Source: Eledone cirrhosa (lineage: Eukaryota). From it: a stretch of 64,000 nt of DNA. The DNA lies in assembly GCA_964016885.1 (NCBI GenBank), contig OZ024741.1, forward strand, positions 192,944,001 through 193,008,000. The letters run 5' to 3'. The notes beneath the pieces are model-generated. The model searched no databases, was not told the origin of the DNA, and was given only the letters and a program-made list of their open reading frames with translations. Position 1 is the stretch's first letter, and every line of letters starts with the position of its first letter. The translations under genes were made by a program, and so were the position numbers. Shown in pieces: positions 11,840 to 26,701 of this stretch.

Positions 11840-14800
11840 CACGTTCTATCTCCAGTCTGTATTGGCTGACCATTGGTGTAAGAGGAAGTTCGTTGCTGCT
11901 GTCCTTAGGTTTCATTCGTATCATACTGTGGGCTCATCTGGGATCCTGGATAGCAGAGTCGCAAGATGTTTCTTGAAAACATCAACGTCCACACTATGCA
12001 GATCTCTCAAATTTCTTGGCAGCTTGTTGAAGAGTTGAGGGCCTTTGAACCCCAGGCTATTGTAATATCTACTCCTTATGCTACATGTGAAATACGTGAC
12101 CTTTAGCACCACACATTGAAATCCTGTTCGGGGGTTGGTCCAGCTCTTAATGCCAAAGCTTTGTACTAGTCCCTTCAGGATTTTCCATATGTATATCACT
12201 GCGTATCTCTCCCATCTTCTTTCCAAGGAGTAGGGGTTCAGTTGTTTTAGCCACTCCCAGTAGCTCATCTCCGTTATCGCGGCAATCCATTTGGTGTAGC
12301 TGCGTTGGATTGCCTCAAGCTCCGTGGTTAGTTTGATACTATGGGGTGACCACATTTGAACACAGTAGTCCACTCGGCTTAGAAAAAACGTCCTCTATAG
12401 TATCAACATGGTCCCTCGGTCTCTTGTCCGGAAAGTCCTCAAGATCCAGCCAGCGAGTCGTCTGCACATTGTCGCCACCATCATGATGTGTGAAGAAAAA
12501 GATGCATCGTCGCTAATGTCTATCCCCAGGTCTCATATCGATTTCGACACGGGAATTTCGATCTGTACTGTCCTTGTGTTAGCAGGTTGATATTGTAGAG
12601 CTTGACATTTTCCAGCATAAAACTGCATGTTGTTGTCCTCGGCCTATTTGTATATGACATTCAGATCTTGTAAAAGGGCAACATCAGCCGGGTTCTTGAT
12701 TGACTGTGCTACTTTTGTGTCATCAGCATAACTTGTGAGGGATGTTATATGTGCTACAAAGGGCATGTCAAAGAGAGCCACCAAAAACTGTAGTGGACGC
12801 AAGGCTGTGCCCTGGGGCACCCACTCGTTATTGATGTTTCCTTTGAGAGGGCCCCATTAGCGGCAACTGCCTGGCTTCTATTTTTTTAAGAAATCATGCA
12901 GCCACTCACCTACTTTTCCAGTTATGTCGAGTCTGTGTAGTTTGTGACATCATTCCGTGGCCCACCTTGTCAAAGGCCTTCGCAGCAAAGTCAAGATATA
13001 TCACGTCCACATGTGCGCTGTCTAGCAGTTGTTTCAGTACCCAGTCGTAGTGATCTGGCAGCTATGTAAGGCAGCTTCTTCCTGGGCGAAAGCCATGCTG
13101 CGTGCTAGTTAGGCTGTCATTTTCATCGAGGAACGGGATCAGTTTCGTTCTGATGATTCGTTCCATGACCTTATTGATATGTGACATGAGGGAGACTGGA
13201 CTGTAAATTTTGGCCCCCAGTCTGCTTCCTCCTTTATGAATAGAGCATATTGTGCCTTCTTTCAGCTCTCTGGGTATTTTACCGCTAGCCAATTAACTTC
13301 GGATTAGGATATTCAGTGTTCTTGCTAAGGCACGCTTACATGTTTTTAGGAGGACTGTTGGGATCCATCAAGGTCCAGCTGCTGAGTTTGTTCTAATTTA
13401 TTCTATGGCTGATATCACATCTTCCTCAGTTATGTTTATGTGGTTGATGATCGCCATTTTTCGTGGAGTGTTGTGGCATCAAAGAAATCCTCTGGCTTTG
13501 TTATTTGCATGTGCCTCAATGGGGGTGTGTACACACTTTTGTACTGTTCATTCAGTATTTCACTTATCCCTTGGGGATCCTCGGTTAATGAACTATTTTT
13601 ATGGAAATGTGACCCAATCTTGCAGTGCACCGAGGCAGTCTCTTTTGCAAATTTAAAGAAGGCCTTAGGATTTGTTTTAATATTTTCTATGGACCTGGCT
13701 TCTCTCTCTACTCTCTCCTTCTCATGGGAAAGTTTGAGTGCAGTTTGTATTTCAAGTAGTGCCTGTTTCAGATAGGGTTTTTTCTTGTTCTTCTGTTGTG
13801 CATTTAACTGGTTTGAGAGTTTAATTTTTCGTCTCATAAGGATTTTCCTGTCTCTGGGGATAAGATTTTTATGTGGCCTTTTTCTCCAGGACAAACTTAT
13901 GGCATATAGTTTGTATTGTTGTCATGAAATATTGAAAAAGTGTGTTGGTGTCTTGTGTGGTGATGTTGTCGCTCCATATTTGCTTCCGGATTTCTTTCTT
14001 GATCTTTTTCTAGTTAGCCTTATAGAAGTTGAGGCTGGATAAGTTCCCGGTGCTTCTTGATGGTTGTGTCGTTGTTGATTCTCTCGGACTACATATCAAT
14101 AGTTCTACTATGTTATGATCCGAGGAAATCGTTGGTGTCACCTTTACATTGTGGATGAGCACTGCGTTATTTGTAAAGCAGAGATCCAGGACATTCTCGT
14201 CTCTTGTTTGGAGGAGTACTGCTTGTTCCATGAACAGCCTGTGTGTGAGGGCCAGCAGGGAATCCGTCTGTCTCTGTTCTAGTGATGTCATTCCAGGGAG
14301 GAGGTGGCCCCAAGGGCATTTGACCTTTGGTAGGATAAAGTCTCCCAGAAACAGAATGTTGAGACCCTGGTCCAGTTTGTCAAGGATTTCTTCCATCCTT
14401 CTGAGGCTATCTTAAAATTTACATTCATGACTAGGGGCGTCTGGAGGCCGATAAGTGACACATATTACCATTTTCAGTTGCTTCATATGTACCATCAGTG
14501 TGTCACAGACTGAGTTGGGATGTGTCAAAAGTACAATGGGTGTGACATCTTCATGGATGTACAAGGCAACCCCACCATGAGTTCCTTCCTTTCTGTCCCA
14601 AACGAAATACAGTATACTTTGGTATATGTATTTCTGCATCTGCTATACTGCATGACAGGTGCGTTTCAGTTAGTGCCATGCATATTGCTTGATTGCTTAT
14701 GGCTAAATCCCTCAGGTAGGGAATTTTATTCATGTTTGTGAGTTTCACCACGCCTCTGACACGTGGCCTGATGTAAACGGCGGCCACCCTAGGTCCCTTG

Positions 14801-15350
14801 ATTGTGATAGTCTCGAGTGCTGGTGTGAGTGGCCCTGGCTCTGAAAACGATGTAGCTATGTCAGTTGTCCCACAATCCTCTCTGCCATCTCTAAAATATT
14901 ATTTTGCTCCGCTGCTGCCGTCTGTATCTCATCTATATATGCTTGCCTTCTCTTTGTTGAGGCGGCGCGCGCGACATCAGCATATTTCTGGGTTTGTATC
15001 GGTTCTGGTTTTGGCTGGGGCATTTTGGATGAGTAGGTTGGGCATAGCTCACCTGGGGCCTGGGGTAAGTTACCCTAAAGCCTGTCCTTGTTTCTCCATG
15101 CCAGAAGGTCCCACTCTTGAAAAATGTGCATGTTATCTGGGTTTTCTTTCTCCCAGTGTTTCAGCGCCTTCTGTTCTTCGCTTGGACAGTTGTCCACTGG
15201 TCCCGTTCTGCTTGGATGCTTTCTTTCGGCTGGTGGTTCCTCGTTTCACCTTTACCCCATATCTGTTGTTCGCTCGGCCTGCCTTCTTTGACTGTGGCGT
15301 CGGACATCTCATTTGCAGTTGTTCTCATTTCCTTCCGTGTATTCGTAGAC
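11840..15350 (-). mobile_element. Decayed CR1/L2-group LINE (ORF1 remnant, APE endonuclease, RT)
   Basis: Minus strand: ALTETHL, GGVALYI, TYRPP, LGDF, VLDLCFTN, SSDHN (APE); NPKAFFKF, QHGFRPGRSCL, YADD near 12720, DYCVQMWSPH, SLERRWERY (RT). Many frameshifts. Confidence 0.88.
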
Positions 15351-15360
15351 CCTTTGTGGT

Positions 15361-15464
15361 CAGAGAGAGAGAGAGAGAGGGGAGGGAGAGAGAGAGAGAT
15401 AAATAGAGAGACAGAGACAAGGAGAGATTGAGAGAGAAAGAAAGAGAAAGAGAGTTTGAGACAT

Positions 15465-15519
<55 letters not shown>

Positions 15520-15680
15520 GAAAATCTCTGGAGCGAGAGACCGTGAGAAATTCAAGGAGTGACTGAGAGAGAAAGAAAGAGAAAGAGAGAACTTCAGAGA
15601 TCCAGAGAGAGAGAGAGAGAGAGCTTGAGAGATCCAGAGAGAGAGAGAGAGCTTGAGAGATCCAGAGAGAGAGGGAGACG
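15361..15680. repeat. (GA)n-rich compound repeat
   Basis: Direct reading of the sequence. Confidence 0.9.
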
Positions 15681-16020
15681 GCGTGAAAGAAAACCAGCAA
15701 TAGAGAGAAATGGTTATGCTTAGTGACTTGAACAAACAAACGTTAATTATTTATTATTAGTATGCTTCTTTAAATATTATTCGAGGTACTTCAAAAAACA
15801 CGTGTTCATGAGAAAAATAAATATAGATAAATAAAATCGCGCGGATTCAAATAAATCGATAAAAATTATGATTTTAACGATTATTACTGTGAGTTTTAAA
15901 TATTAGATATCAAATACTAGATAAGTGTGCGCAGGCTTTTGTTTACAATATACGCTTAACAGAAGCTAAATAAATTTAAATTATATATCGGGTAACATAC
16001 ATATATAGTCTACTTAATAA

Positions 16021-16391
16021 TAATTGTTTCTACTTTTTGGCACAAGGCCAGCAACCACCCAGTGCCTTAGTGGTACTTTATTTCATCGACTCCGTAAGGA
16101 TGAAAGGCAAAGTTAACCTCGGCGGGATTTGAACTCAGAATGGCAAGGGACGTAACTCTATGCGTCAAAGCATGGCGTCCGACCCTCTAGCGATACTGCC
16201 AATCCATGATAATTGTTTCTACTTTTGGCACAAGGCCAGCAATTACCCAGTACATTACTGGTACTTTATTTTATCGACCCCATAAGGATGAAAGGCAAAG
16301 TTAACCTCGGCGGGATTTGAACTCAGAATGGCAAGGGCCGTAACTCTATGCGTCAAAGCATGGCGTCCAACCCTCTACCGATACTGCCAAT
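16021..16391 (-). mobile_element. Two tandem copies of the main tRNA-SINE
   Basis: 16021-16206 and ~16210-16391 each match the 3620-3803 copy. The first abuts taataataat. Confidence 0.9.
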
Positions 16392-16789
16392 ATCAATATA
16401 TAAAAACGAAAAACAATGCTCATACCATATATATACTCACTAAATTACTTAACTAAATTCTTTTACGAGGCAACACGTATCTTATCAAGAAGATAAATAA
16501 AAATATCAAAGTACCCAAAATAACATTTTTAAAACAAAAAATAATTTAAAAATAACCACACAGAAAAATAATTTCTTATCTTTTACAGGAAATCCGAGTT
16601 AAATATAAAAAAGTGCTCAAGTACTTTTTGAAATGTATAAGGATATTTATAAGATTATCACAGAGCAAAGAAAACACGGCCAGCGTCCAAGCAAATCCAG
16701 CCGATATATTTATAACTATATGTTTGTCTATATGTATATATATATATATATTTATTAAAATAACAGATTAAAGTTTAAGCAAAGAATCG

Positions 16790-16914
16790 GTCAGTATACT
16801 GGAGCAACGCAAAAGAAGTGTTTTGCTCAAGAACACAATACAGTCAAGGAATCCAACACACGACATTATGATCGCAAGTCCAGCAACCTTACCACTAGGC
16901 CACGCGACTCCGCA
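16790..16914 (-). mobile_element. Second tRNA-SINE type (CORE-like), truncated
   Basis: Minus strand: gtggcctagtggtaagg (A box), gttggattcc (B-box-like), gtgttcttgagcaaaacactt (CORE-like). Confidence 0.65.
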
Positions 16915-16917
16915 TGC

Positions 16918-16949
<32 letters not shown>

Positions 16950-17352
16950 ATGTGTATGCATGAGTGTGTGTGTATGTGTGTACAATCACACATACACCTT
17001 CTCTCTTTGTTTTTGACGAATGTCATACACATATATAAGGATATATATTCCATTTTTAAATTTTATTTTATTTTTCTCAGATCGCCAATTGTCGTCGTAT
17101 TTGAGCATGAATAATGTTATGGATGGTCTTAGTCAAATGCAACCGTTTTGAAATATATTGTTATACATTTATTTACTAATTTATTTTTATATATTCATAC
17201 ACTTTTATTTCTTTAAATTTACTTAACCTTTGCGCAAGCATCCAATCAAATAATTTCTTTTTGTTTTCGTTCATTGGAACAGAATACCCTTATTAACGGT
17301 TTACTGCTATATTTCTGAATTTCAAATCCAGTTTCATATATATATATGTATG

Positions 17353-17427
<75 letters not shown>

Positions 17428-17728
17428 CTGCGTATCTAGGTGCATGTTTATATATGTGTATATACATATATCAACGTAGTCGAAGACTCGGACTTTTATG
17501 AAGCCTTGAGTTAATATAAAGAGCAGCGTGTGTAATCGCGGTAAGTGTCGTCACGGTGACTTGGCTTAATGTTTCAAAGCGCCTAGTCGGTATTTGTCAG
17601 ATACTGGGTTTGATTCCACCTAGCAGTCAATGACAGCTTCTTCTTCGGTCTTTAAGGATCTTCACCCTAATTTATAAGCTATTTTATAGCATTTCCCCGG
17701 ATGAGCATAGAACTGTTTATATATATAT

Positions 17729-17842
17729 ATAGGAAAAAGTATGACCCCGACGGCAGAGCTCAAGCCGTTTCGACGCCTATTTCTGAACAAATAGCCGTCG
17801 AAACAACTTGAGCTCTGCCGTCGGGGTCATACTTTTTTCTAT
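17729..17842. repeat. Foldback inverted repeat, ~54-bp arms, abutting (TA)n
   Basis: aaaaagtatgaccccgacggcagagctcaag ... cttgagctctgccgtcggggtcatacttttt. Confidence 0.92.
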
Positions 17843-18078
17843 TTCCCACTCTACTAATGGGGTTTCTATTGTTTTCCTTATAGCAACTCTCAACTTCTCT
17901 GACAGAAATTTTTTCGCCTGACCAATGCAATCAACAATTACTCTTTCGTAAATGAATTTCTCTTTGCTATTGATTATCTGTCCTATATTTTGATTTCGTG
18001 TTGGTCTGAGAGGCATTGGGCATTTTAATGGGTACTGGGAATACCCCCGCTCCCGGGTATTACCGAGTACCTCAGCTA

Positions 18079-18079
<1 letters not shown>
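17843..18079 (+). mobile_element. Non-autonomous Helitron 3' part
   Basis: Matches 10930-11012. Hairpin plus CTAG at 18076-18079, followed by (TA)n. Confidence 0.7.
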
Positions 18080-18114
<35 letters not shown>

Positions 18115-18325
18115 TTATATATTAACCTGTTTAGCTTGCTTCGTTTTTTGGGCTCCAGTGGCTGATAGCTTCATGACCGCCGTTTTCAGTTTGTCTGGCC
18201 TCTAAAACCTATGTTAATTGCTCTGATCTTCTTTTAGTCCATTGAGCACTTGCTGCATATCTCGAAAATTGTGTTTCGCTTTGTTTTTGACCACAGCCGA
18301 AATACGATCTCTCTGAAATTATATT

Positions 18326-18421
<96 letters not shown>

Positions 18422-18422
<1 letters not shown>

Positions 18423-18670
18423 CTATCTATCTAGGGCGGGTAAAATTCCCGAGATCTATGGACGAGTTCTCTTCAGCGGTCTCTGTGCCTCATTATCGCT
18501 GCCATGTTCTACGCCTCCAACAGACCAATGTCTGTCCTTAGGGCATCAACATACGTTAACCTAGGTCTTCCTCTTCCAGTGTGTCCATGCAGGGGCTCCC
18601 ACAGGAGCACTGAGTGCAGTGTCAAGTCTGGACGTCGGTGAGCATGTCCAGCTAACCTCAGTCTCCTCTG
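18422..18670 (-). mobile_element. RTE-clade LINE 3' fragment
   Basis: QRRLRLAGHAHR..LLWEP.HG..GRGRPRLTYVDALRTD, with a short (TAGA)n tail. Confidence 0.8.
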
Positions 18671-18700
18671 TGACACACAGATATATATATAGATACATAC

Positions 18701-18815
<115 letters not shown>

Positions 18816-18863
18816 ATGAAATGACAGGAGGCTGGATTTGTGTAAATCCTTGAAAGGTTTATT

Positions 18864-18921
18864 ATACTATGCTCATTTCAATGACCGGGTTCCGTATGAA
18901 TACGGTGATATCATCAGGTAT
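18864..18921 (-). ncRNA. Type I hammerhead ribozyme candidate
   Basis: Minus strand reads atac CTGATGA tatcaccgtattcatacggaacccggtcatt GAAA tgagca TA gtat aataaa. Stems I and III pair. Confidence 0.7.
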
Positions 18922-19188
18922 TCGAAATATAATACGTGAATGTAATAGATAAAATCCATGGGGCTGAAAATCGAGGACCCGAGGGCGACCGCTATTCTGT
19001 TCCTTCAAACTCAGCCGGTCGCCCTGGCGTGACGTGGCTAAAGTTTATAGTATGCTACTACCGGTCAGATAAACGAAAACAGAAAGGGATGGGAACATAA
19101 GTTAGCGTCAATCTCATGACACACGGTAAAAGAAAGAAAGGAAGGAGAGAGAAGAAGGGGGAAGAAAGAAGAGGAGAAGCCAGGGTTA

Positions 19189-19299
19189 ATGTCAGCTAAA
19201 AGAGGAAAGGCAACTACTACCGGTCAGATATAGGCAAGCATATATCTTGCTTGCCTATATCTGACCGGTAGTAGTTGCCTTTCCTCTTTAAGCTGACAT
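19189..19299. repeat. Foldback inverted repeat, ~52-bp arms, 7-nt loop
   Basis: ..ccggtcagatataggcaagca tatatct tgcttgcctatatctgaccgg.. Confidence 0.95.
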
Positions 19300-19866
19300 C
19301 AGTCATACGGAAATTGTCGATGTTATCTGGGTATTTTTGAGAATATTCGATTTTCCTTTCTTGTAGTTTTTTCTTATTCATCCATTCTAATTTCTTCTTG
19401 AAATGCCTATTGCATTCGTTTCGAGCGTATTTCGTTTCGCGTCGGATGACGCTCATGAAGTTATCTCTCTCGTTTGCTGTGATGAGATTTCAGATTTCCT
19501 TACCGTTAATGCGTTTCTGTCTGTAGAGTGCGTTGACTTTTGTGTATGTTGTTCTTTTCATATTAACTGTTATTGTGTGTTTTAGTCGTTCGGCTTGTGT
19601 TTTGTTCAATAATAAATTATTTACTTGTTTTGATATGTTTGTTGTGTATGTTTTGGAGGAAACACAGTGTTTTAAGAAGCGGATTTGTTCTGTTGTTATT
19701 GTAGTTTTTATATAACAGAAAACAGTGTCTTTCAATAACCTTTCAGCTTGGCACAAACAGTGAGTGTGTTCTTTTATTAATTCTGGCAATATTACACAAA
19801 TATGACCCTCCCCAAGTATAACAATATTTGTTTCGACACACGATTTCATATAAAAAAACCTCGCTA

Positions 19867-19905
<39 letters not shown>

Positions 19906-19906
<1 letters not shown>

Positions 19907-20825
19907 TAGCAGTGTATCCCGGCATTGCACGGGTAAGAACATTGGTAATAGCACCTCCGATGAGAGAGGTTTATTTATTAGTGCCTGTTAAAAACTCACG
20001 AAAATATACCGACAGGAAACTTGTTTTATTTGGAGAAAAATAAGAAGTTGAAAGTACAGTTTAGCCGTCTACGTGCATTGTTCATAGAAATATTGAGCCC
20101 CTTCTTTTCATACTCCTCTGTTTTGGCCCCTATTGGAGTAAATGTGAAAGGGAAAGTCACAGGTTAAGTTGGCAGAAGTTTCCAGTGTCATAGCAGTAAG
20201 GCGTAGACTACTTACCTCAAAAGTTCATTCGCACTCTTTCCACTAAGTTATTCTTTCTCTCTATCCCTCTCGGTGCAGTCCCTTGCGAATTTCTCGAGTA
20301 GGCCTGGTGTAGATTTGCACCCGATCCATCTACCCGATGCACATGTCCGTTTCGTACGGCTTTTGGAGGAAGGAGTGACCAGCAGTACGTTGTTCGGTAT
20401 TATTACGAAAAGGTGTAGCACAGAATCCTGCGTGAACTAACAGCTCGGGAGGAAACTGCTTACCTCGAAAATTCATTCGCCATCGTTCTTGTCAACGCTC
20501 CGTTTACTTGGTATTTGTTGGTCTACAATTAGATGAATGGCGCACAAAGGGTTAATGTTTATTGGCAAGAAGTTTTTTGAATAATAAAAGACGGGTTAAA
20601 TCGACATACAATATATCTGTGTGTATATATATATACATACACAGATACATATATATATATATATGTGCGTGTATGTATCCATATATATATATATATATAC
20701 GTGTGTGTGTGTATGTATAGAAATATATATATATGTGTGTGTGTGTATATATACATATATTTTTATGTGTATATTTATATATATGTATATGTGTATATAT
20801 ATATATATATATGTGTATATATGTT

Positions 20826-20892
<67 letters not shown>

Positions 20893-21219
20893 ATATGTGT
20901 ATATATGTGTGTGTATATGTATATATGTGTATATATATGTATATATGTGTATAAATGAACGGTATTCGAAAACAGCGATGAACTGGACTCCACCTGGCGG
21001 TAAACGGAGGCGGGGTTGCCCAAGGATCACCTGGCGACGAACGTTCCGGAAGGACCTGATGGCAGCCAACATCACCAGGCAGGGTCTCGAAAAGGTTGCC
21101 GCTGATCTTGACCGTTGGCGAGTACTTACTGCTCGATGCGCCGAACGGCGCGAAAGAATCTAAGACTAAGACTAAGATATATAAGTATATATGTATACAT
21201 ATATGTGTGTGTGTGTGTT

Positions 21220-21284
<65 letters not shown>

Positions 21285-21584
21285 GTGTGTATGTGTGTGT
21301 GTGTGTGTAAATGTACCGAAGATAATACGTCAGCAATGACGTGTTCGTCAGAATGTCGTTATGCAGTCAGCCAGACATACAGACAGATATTATAAGGGCT
21401 CGACGGAGATCGATAACCGGCGCCTAACACCCCTTTAAACAACAGAAAATTGAAAAATAAAAGCGTCAGTTAGTATCTTTAGACCGCAAGAAATATATAA
21501 ATGCAAGTTTGAAGTCAATCGGAGTAGAAAGGTGGATTTGTATAGACTTTGCAAACATGAGGGGACACACAGACAACTACAGTG

Positions 21585-21590
<6 letters not shown>
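19906..21590 (-). mobile_element. Non-autonomous Helitron interrupted by microsatellites and an RTE fragment
   Basis: Minus-strand 3' end cccgtgcaatgccgggatacactgCTAG at 19906. The block cagacatacagacagatattataagggc is shared with 26702-27289. Confidence 0.6.
20957..21176 (+). mobile_element. RTE-clade LINE 3' end
   Basis: [33 protein letters not shown], then a stop and a (CTAAGA)n tail. Confidence 0.85.
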
Positions 21591-21621
<31 letters not shown>

Positions 21622-21746
21622 GAGGTTTAATTTGTTGGCATTCAACAAGCTTAAACATTTTTATAACTGATATAAAACACTCAACAGCTAGTGGAGTAAA
21701 TACACAATATATTAATAAATGGAAACTATATTTATAAAACCATATT

Positions 21747-21812
21747 TATTTTATTATACATATTTCAAGGGCGACCAAGGTAAATTATGGTGCGCTTTCA
21801 TAAGATAAAATA
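21747..21812 (-). ncRNA. Hammerhead copy with mutated core (CTTATGA)
   Basis: Minus strand reads tattttat cttatga aagcgcaccataatttaccttggtcgccctt GAAA tatgta TA ataaaata. Confidence 0.55.
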
Positions 21813-21920
21813 CACATTTGTTTTATAAATAAATATTGACATACCCGGAAAAAAGACAACCTCAACGGTTGAAATTTGCTGGATATGGGTATGTCAATAT
21901 TTATTTAGAAAAAAAATTTG

Positions 21921-21989
21921 TATTTTATCTGATGAAAGCTCACCATAATTTATCTTTGTCGCCGCCCTTGAAATATATATAATAAAATA
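21921..21989 (+). ncRNA. Type I hammerhead ribozyme candidate
   Basis: tattttat CTGATGA aag..ctt GAAA tatata TA ataaaata. 8-bp stem I; stem II is partly decayed. Confidence 0.7.
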
Positions 21990-22051
21990 AATATGGTTTT
22001 ATAAATATAGTTTCCATTTATTAATATATTGTATATATATATATTGTATAC

Positions 22052-23172
<1,121 letters not shown>

Positions 23173-23187
23173 TATATATATATATAT

Positions 23188-23443
23188 ATAATAACTAGAA
23201 ATTGATTAACATATAAATAAACATGAATAATCACAGGAGATAATTTTTACAAGTATGTAACCACACACTTTCTACCTTATAATATGATTAATCAGATTAA
23301 TCATATTATAAGGTATCTATTTTTGAAGCTCTGGTCAACTTTATTTAGTTACCTACCTAGCTATGTGTGGTTACACACTTGTAAAAATTATCTCCTGTGA
23401 TTATTCATGTTTATTTATATGTTAATCAATTTCTAGTTATTAT
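23188..23443. repeat. Nested inverted repeats (~80-bp outer arms, 21-bp inner palindrome)
   Basis: ataactagaaattgattaac... pairs with ...gttaatcaatttctagttat. Inner: taccttataatatgattaatc a gattaatcatattataaggta. Confidence 0.9.
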
Positions 23444-23466
23444 AAAATGCTCGGACCTACTCGTTA

Positions 23467-23587
23467 GAATCTTAGAGCTTATTTTGCGGGTGATATGGCG
23501 CATATCTTTCTGGCATGACACCCATAATCTTAGAGCTTATTTTGCGGGTGATATGGCGCATGTCTTTCTGGCATGACACCCATAATT
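23467..23587. repeat. Tandem duplication of a ~58-bp unit
   Basis: aatcttagagcttattttgcgggtgatatggcgca..catgacacccat occurs twice. Confidence 0.9.
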
Positions 23588-23625
23588 TTGATTTAGATTA
23601 AATTCATTTGATTTAACTTAATTTT

Positions 23626-23680
<55 letters not shown>

Positions 23681-23720
23681 TTCCAAATATTAACAAAATA
23701 GATATTCTTGTGATCAATTA

Positions 23721-23787
23721 TATTTTATTATACATATTTCAGAGGTACTGAATTAAGTTCAACAGTACGTCCTCATCAGATAAAATA
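23721..23787 (-). ncRNA. Type I hammerhead ribozyme candidate
   Basis: Minus strand reads tattttat CTGATGA ggac gtactg ttgaacttaatt cagtac ctct GAAA tatgta TA ataaaata. Confidence 0.75.
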
Positions 23788-24691
23788 AAATGATACATGA
23801 CATACCCTGACATGGTAGATGGTTAAGATATAATCAAAGTAGTGATTAACTTATGAGAAAACTCAATATTTATACCCTAATATTGAGAACATGAGAAAAC
23901 GTAAAACAATCAATAGAGAGAGTGTGAGTAATATATTTTAAGAAATACATGGCATCAAAATAACAGTTTATAGAAATTTTAATATTTAAAAAACTACTAG
24001 AGAAATATGCGGCAGAGGAAAGCATAGAGGAAGACGTAGCTGATGTTATAACTTATTTAGTATTTAGCTTGAGAAGACAGATGAAAGATGAATAAAGAGA
24101 GAGAGAGAGAGACAAAGGGTAGTAATTTATGCTCAAGTTTCTACATACACATATTCATATAAAGTTGGCGGTTAATTTTCAAAATATTTAATTTATGTTA
24201 TTTCAGGGTAAGGAATCAAAATTTTAGGTTTTAAAAGTTAATGGGTATTTGTATTAATATTATAATATAATTATGTTAAATTTCTAAAATTCAAATTTTA
24301 TGAAGTCAAATTTAAAGGATTTACGAAACACGCGAAAGAAAGAAAATATACATATAATGTTGGATATCCCCACAAAGGTAATCTTTACACAAATTACTTA
24401 TAATATTGACAACAGTTTCTATAATATAATTTATGAGATATTTAAAGTTATAACTATTAAAGAATTTATTGTTAAATAGTTTGAGTGCCTAAAGTATTAA
24501 CGGGTCTTATAATTAAACTTAAAGAAGTCAGAATTTTCAGCTATATATATGTGTGTATTGATCATAATGTAGCAAGACTTGTTAATATTTTGAATTAATA
24601 TTAATAACTCTGGAAAATATTTCACTGTAGAGTGCTTCCAATCTATTGTAAAACTCATTCTTTGATGTATTAATTGAATCTTGTTTACTCT

Positions 24692-24767
<76 letters not shown>

Positions 24768-24919
24768 AATGTAAAATCCTGATCGCGTCTTAACACATAA
24801 TCCGATACCGCTTGCCGCTTCTGTTGGGATTTTATATATCTGCATCTCCCATGCATTGAGTACTCCCATGCTTAGTCGTCTCCCAGGTTTCAGCACAACA
24901 GACACACACACACTCTCTT

Positions 24920-25079
<160 letters not shown>

Positions 25080-25859
25080 TAAACGGAATAGAAAATGCTG
25101 ACAAATTGTTCACAGTTGAAAAATAGTTTAATTAGGAATAAAAGAGTATTAGTAATTGTATTGATTAGTATTCAGTTGTGGTTTTAAGTTTTTACCGGTT
25201 GCGCATTTCTAAATGCTTTTCAAAAATAATTTTGAGATAGAGTGTCCGTGTTGTTTGCTCTGATCTGATTAGTTTTGGGAATTCTACCTGTTTTTATGTT
25301 AAAAAAAGTGGCTCCAGCGCTACTTGGTGTTGCAAAAATTCTTGTGGTCAAAACAATTTTGATTGGTCGGTAGAGGTCATGTGAATGTAAAAAATTGATT
25401 TTGCGCCAAGACTGTTTTTATGTTAAAAAAGTGCCGCCCAAAATCATCCCAACTTCAGAATCTTTCCCCTCTACAAATTTAAAGATAATGCCACCCACAC
25501 CCAGCGCATCAGCAAGGAATCTTACTTTATTAACAAATACGGACCCCGTCTAAATACTTCTCCCTAAGACGAACCCACAACATACACACGTCAACATACA
25601 TACCTACATCAGCACACATCTCTACCCACATATACGTAAACACACATGTTCTATGGTGCAACAAAAAAAAATATATATATATATATAGTGAATATATGTA
25701 TATATATATATATATATAGTGAATATCATTTCACACCTTTTATTGTTAAGATTTTTTATGTTCTATTGAGAGAATCGATTTTACTGAAAATATCGAATAA
25801 TGTACACCATTTTACCAGGGGGAAAAAAATACTGGTCCACCCACACACACACACATTCT

Positions 25860-25938
<79 letters not shown>

Positions 25939-26452
25939 CTCCGTATAAGACAAAAGCTGTAAAATATCTTTTGACATGCTAAAATATCCCCCACTCCTTA
26001 CAGACACATTCCTACTGACCATCCCGCTACCACGAATTACTCTGCTATACACACACACACACACACACGCACATACACACACACACACCCACACACACAC
26101 ACACTTATCTTAATAGCAAGAATTTTTGCAACACCAAGTAGCGCTGGAGCCACTTTTTTAACATAAAAACAGTCTTGGCGCAAAATCAATTTTTTACATT
26201 CACATGACCTCTACCGACCAATCAAAATTGTTTTGACCACAAGAATTTTTGCAACACCAAGTAGCGCTGGAGCCACCTTTTTTAACATAAAAACAGGTAG
26301 AATTCCCAAAACTAATCAGATCAGAGCAAACAACACGGATACTCTATCTCAAAATTATTTTTGAAAAGCACTTAGAAATGCGCAACCGGTAAAAACTTAA
26401 AACCACAACTGAATACTAACCAATACAATTACTAATTACTCTTTTATTCCTA

Positions 26453-26652
26453 NNNNNNNNNNNNNNNNNNNNNNNNNNNNNNNNNNNNNNNNNNNNNNNN
26501 NNNNNNNNNNNNNNNNNNNNNNNNNNNNNNNNNNNNNNNNNNNNNNNNNNNNNNNNNNNNNNNNNNNNNNNNNNNNNNNNNNNNNNNNNNNNNNNNNNNN
26601 NNNNNNNNNNNNNNNNNNNNNNNNNNNNNNNNNNNNNNNNNNNNNNNNNNNN
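26453..26652. other. Assembly gap (200 N)
   Basis: Run of N. Confidence 1.
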
Positions 26653-26701
26653 CCACCACTACCAATACCACAGATATTAGAGGGGAGATTATATGAATGT
26701 A

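Larger units (their letters stand above)
21701..22033. repeat. Inverted repeat (~146-bp arms, ~40-nt spacer), each arm carrying a hammerhead motif
   Basis: 21701-21846 is approximately the reverse complement of 21887-22033. (TA)n tracts flank it. Confidence 0.9.

Noticed and set aside
17521-17630. tRNA-like sequence (also the SINE heads)
   Set aside because: Only box-like motifs, with no convincing cloverleaf; more likely SINE-derived than a tRNA gene.
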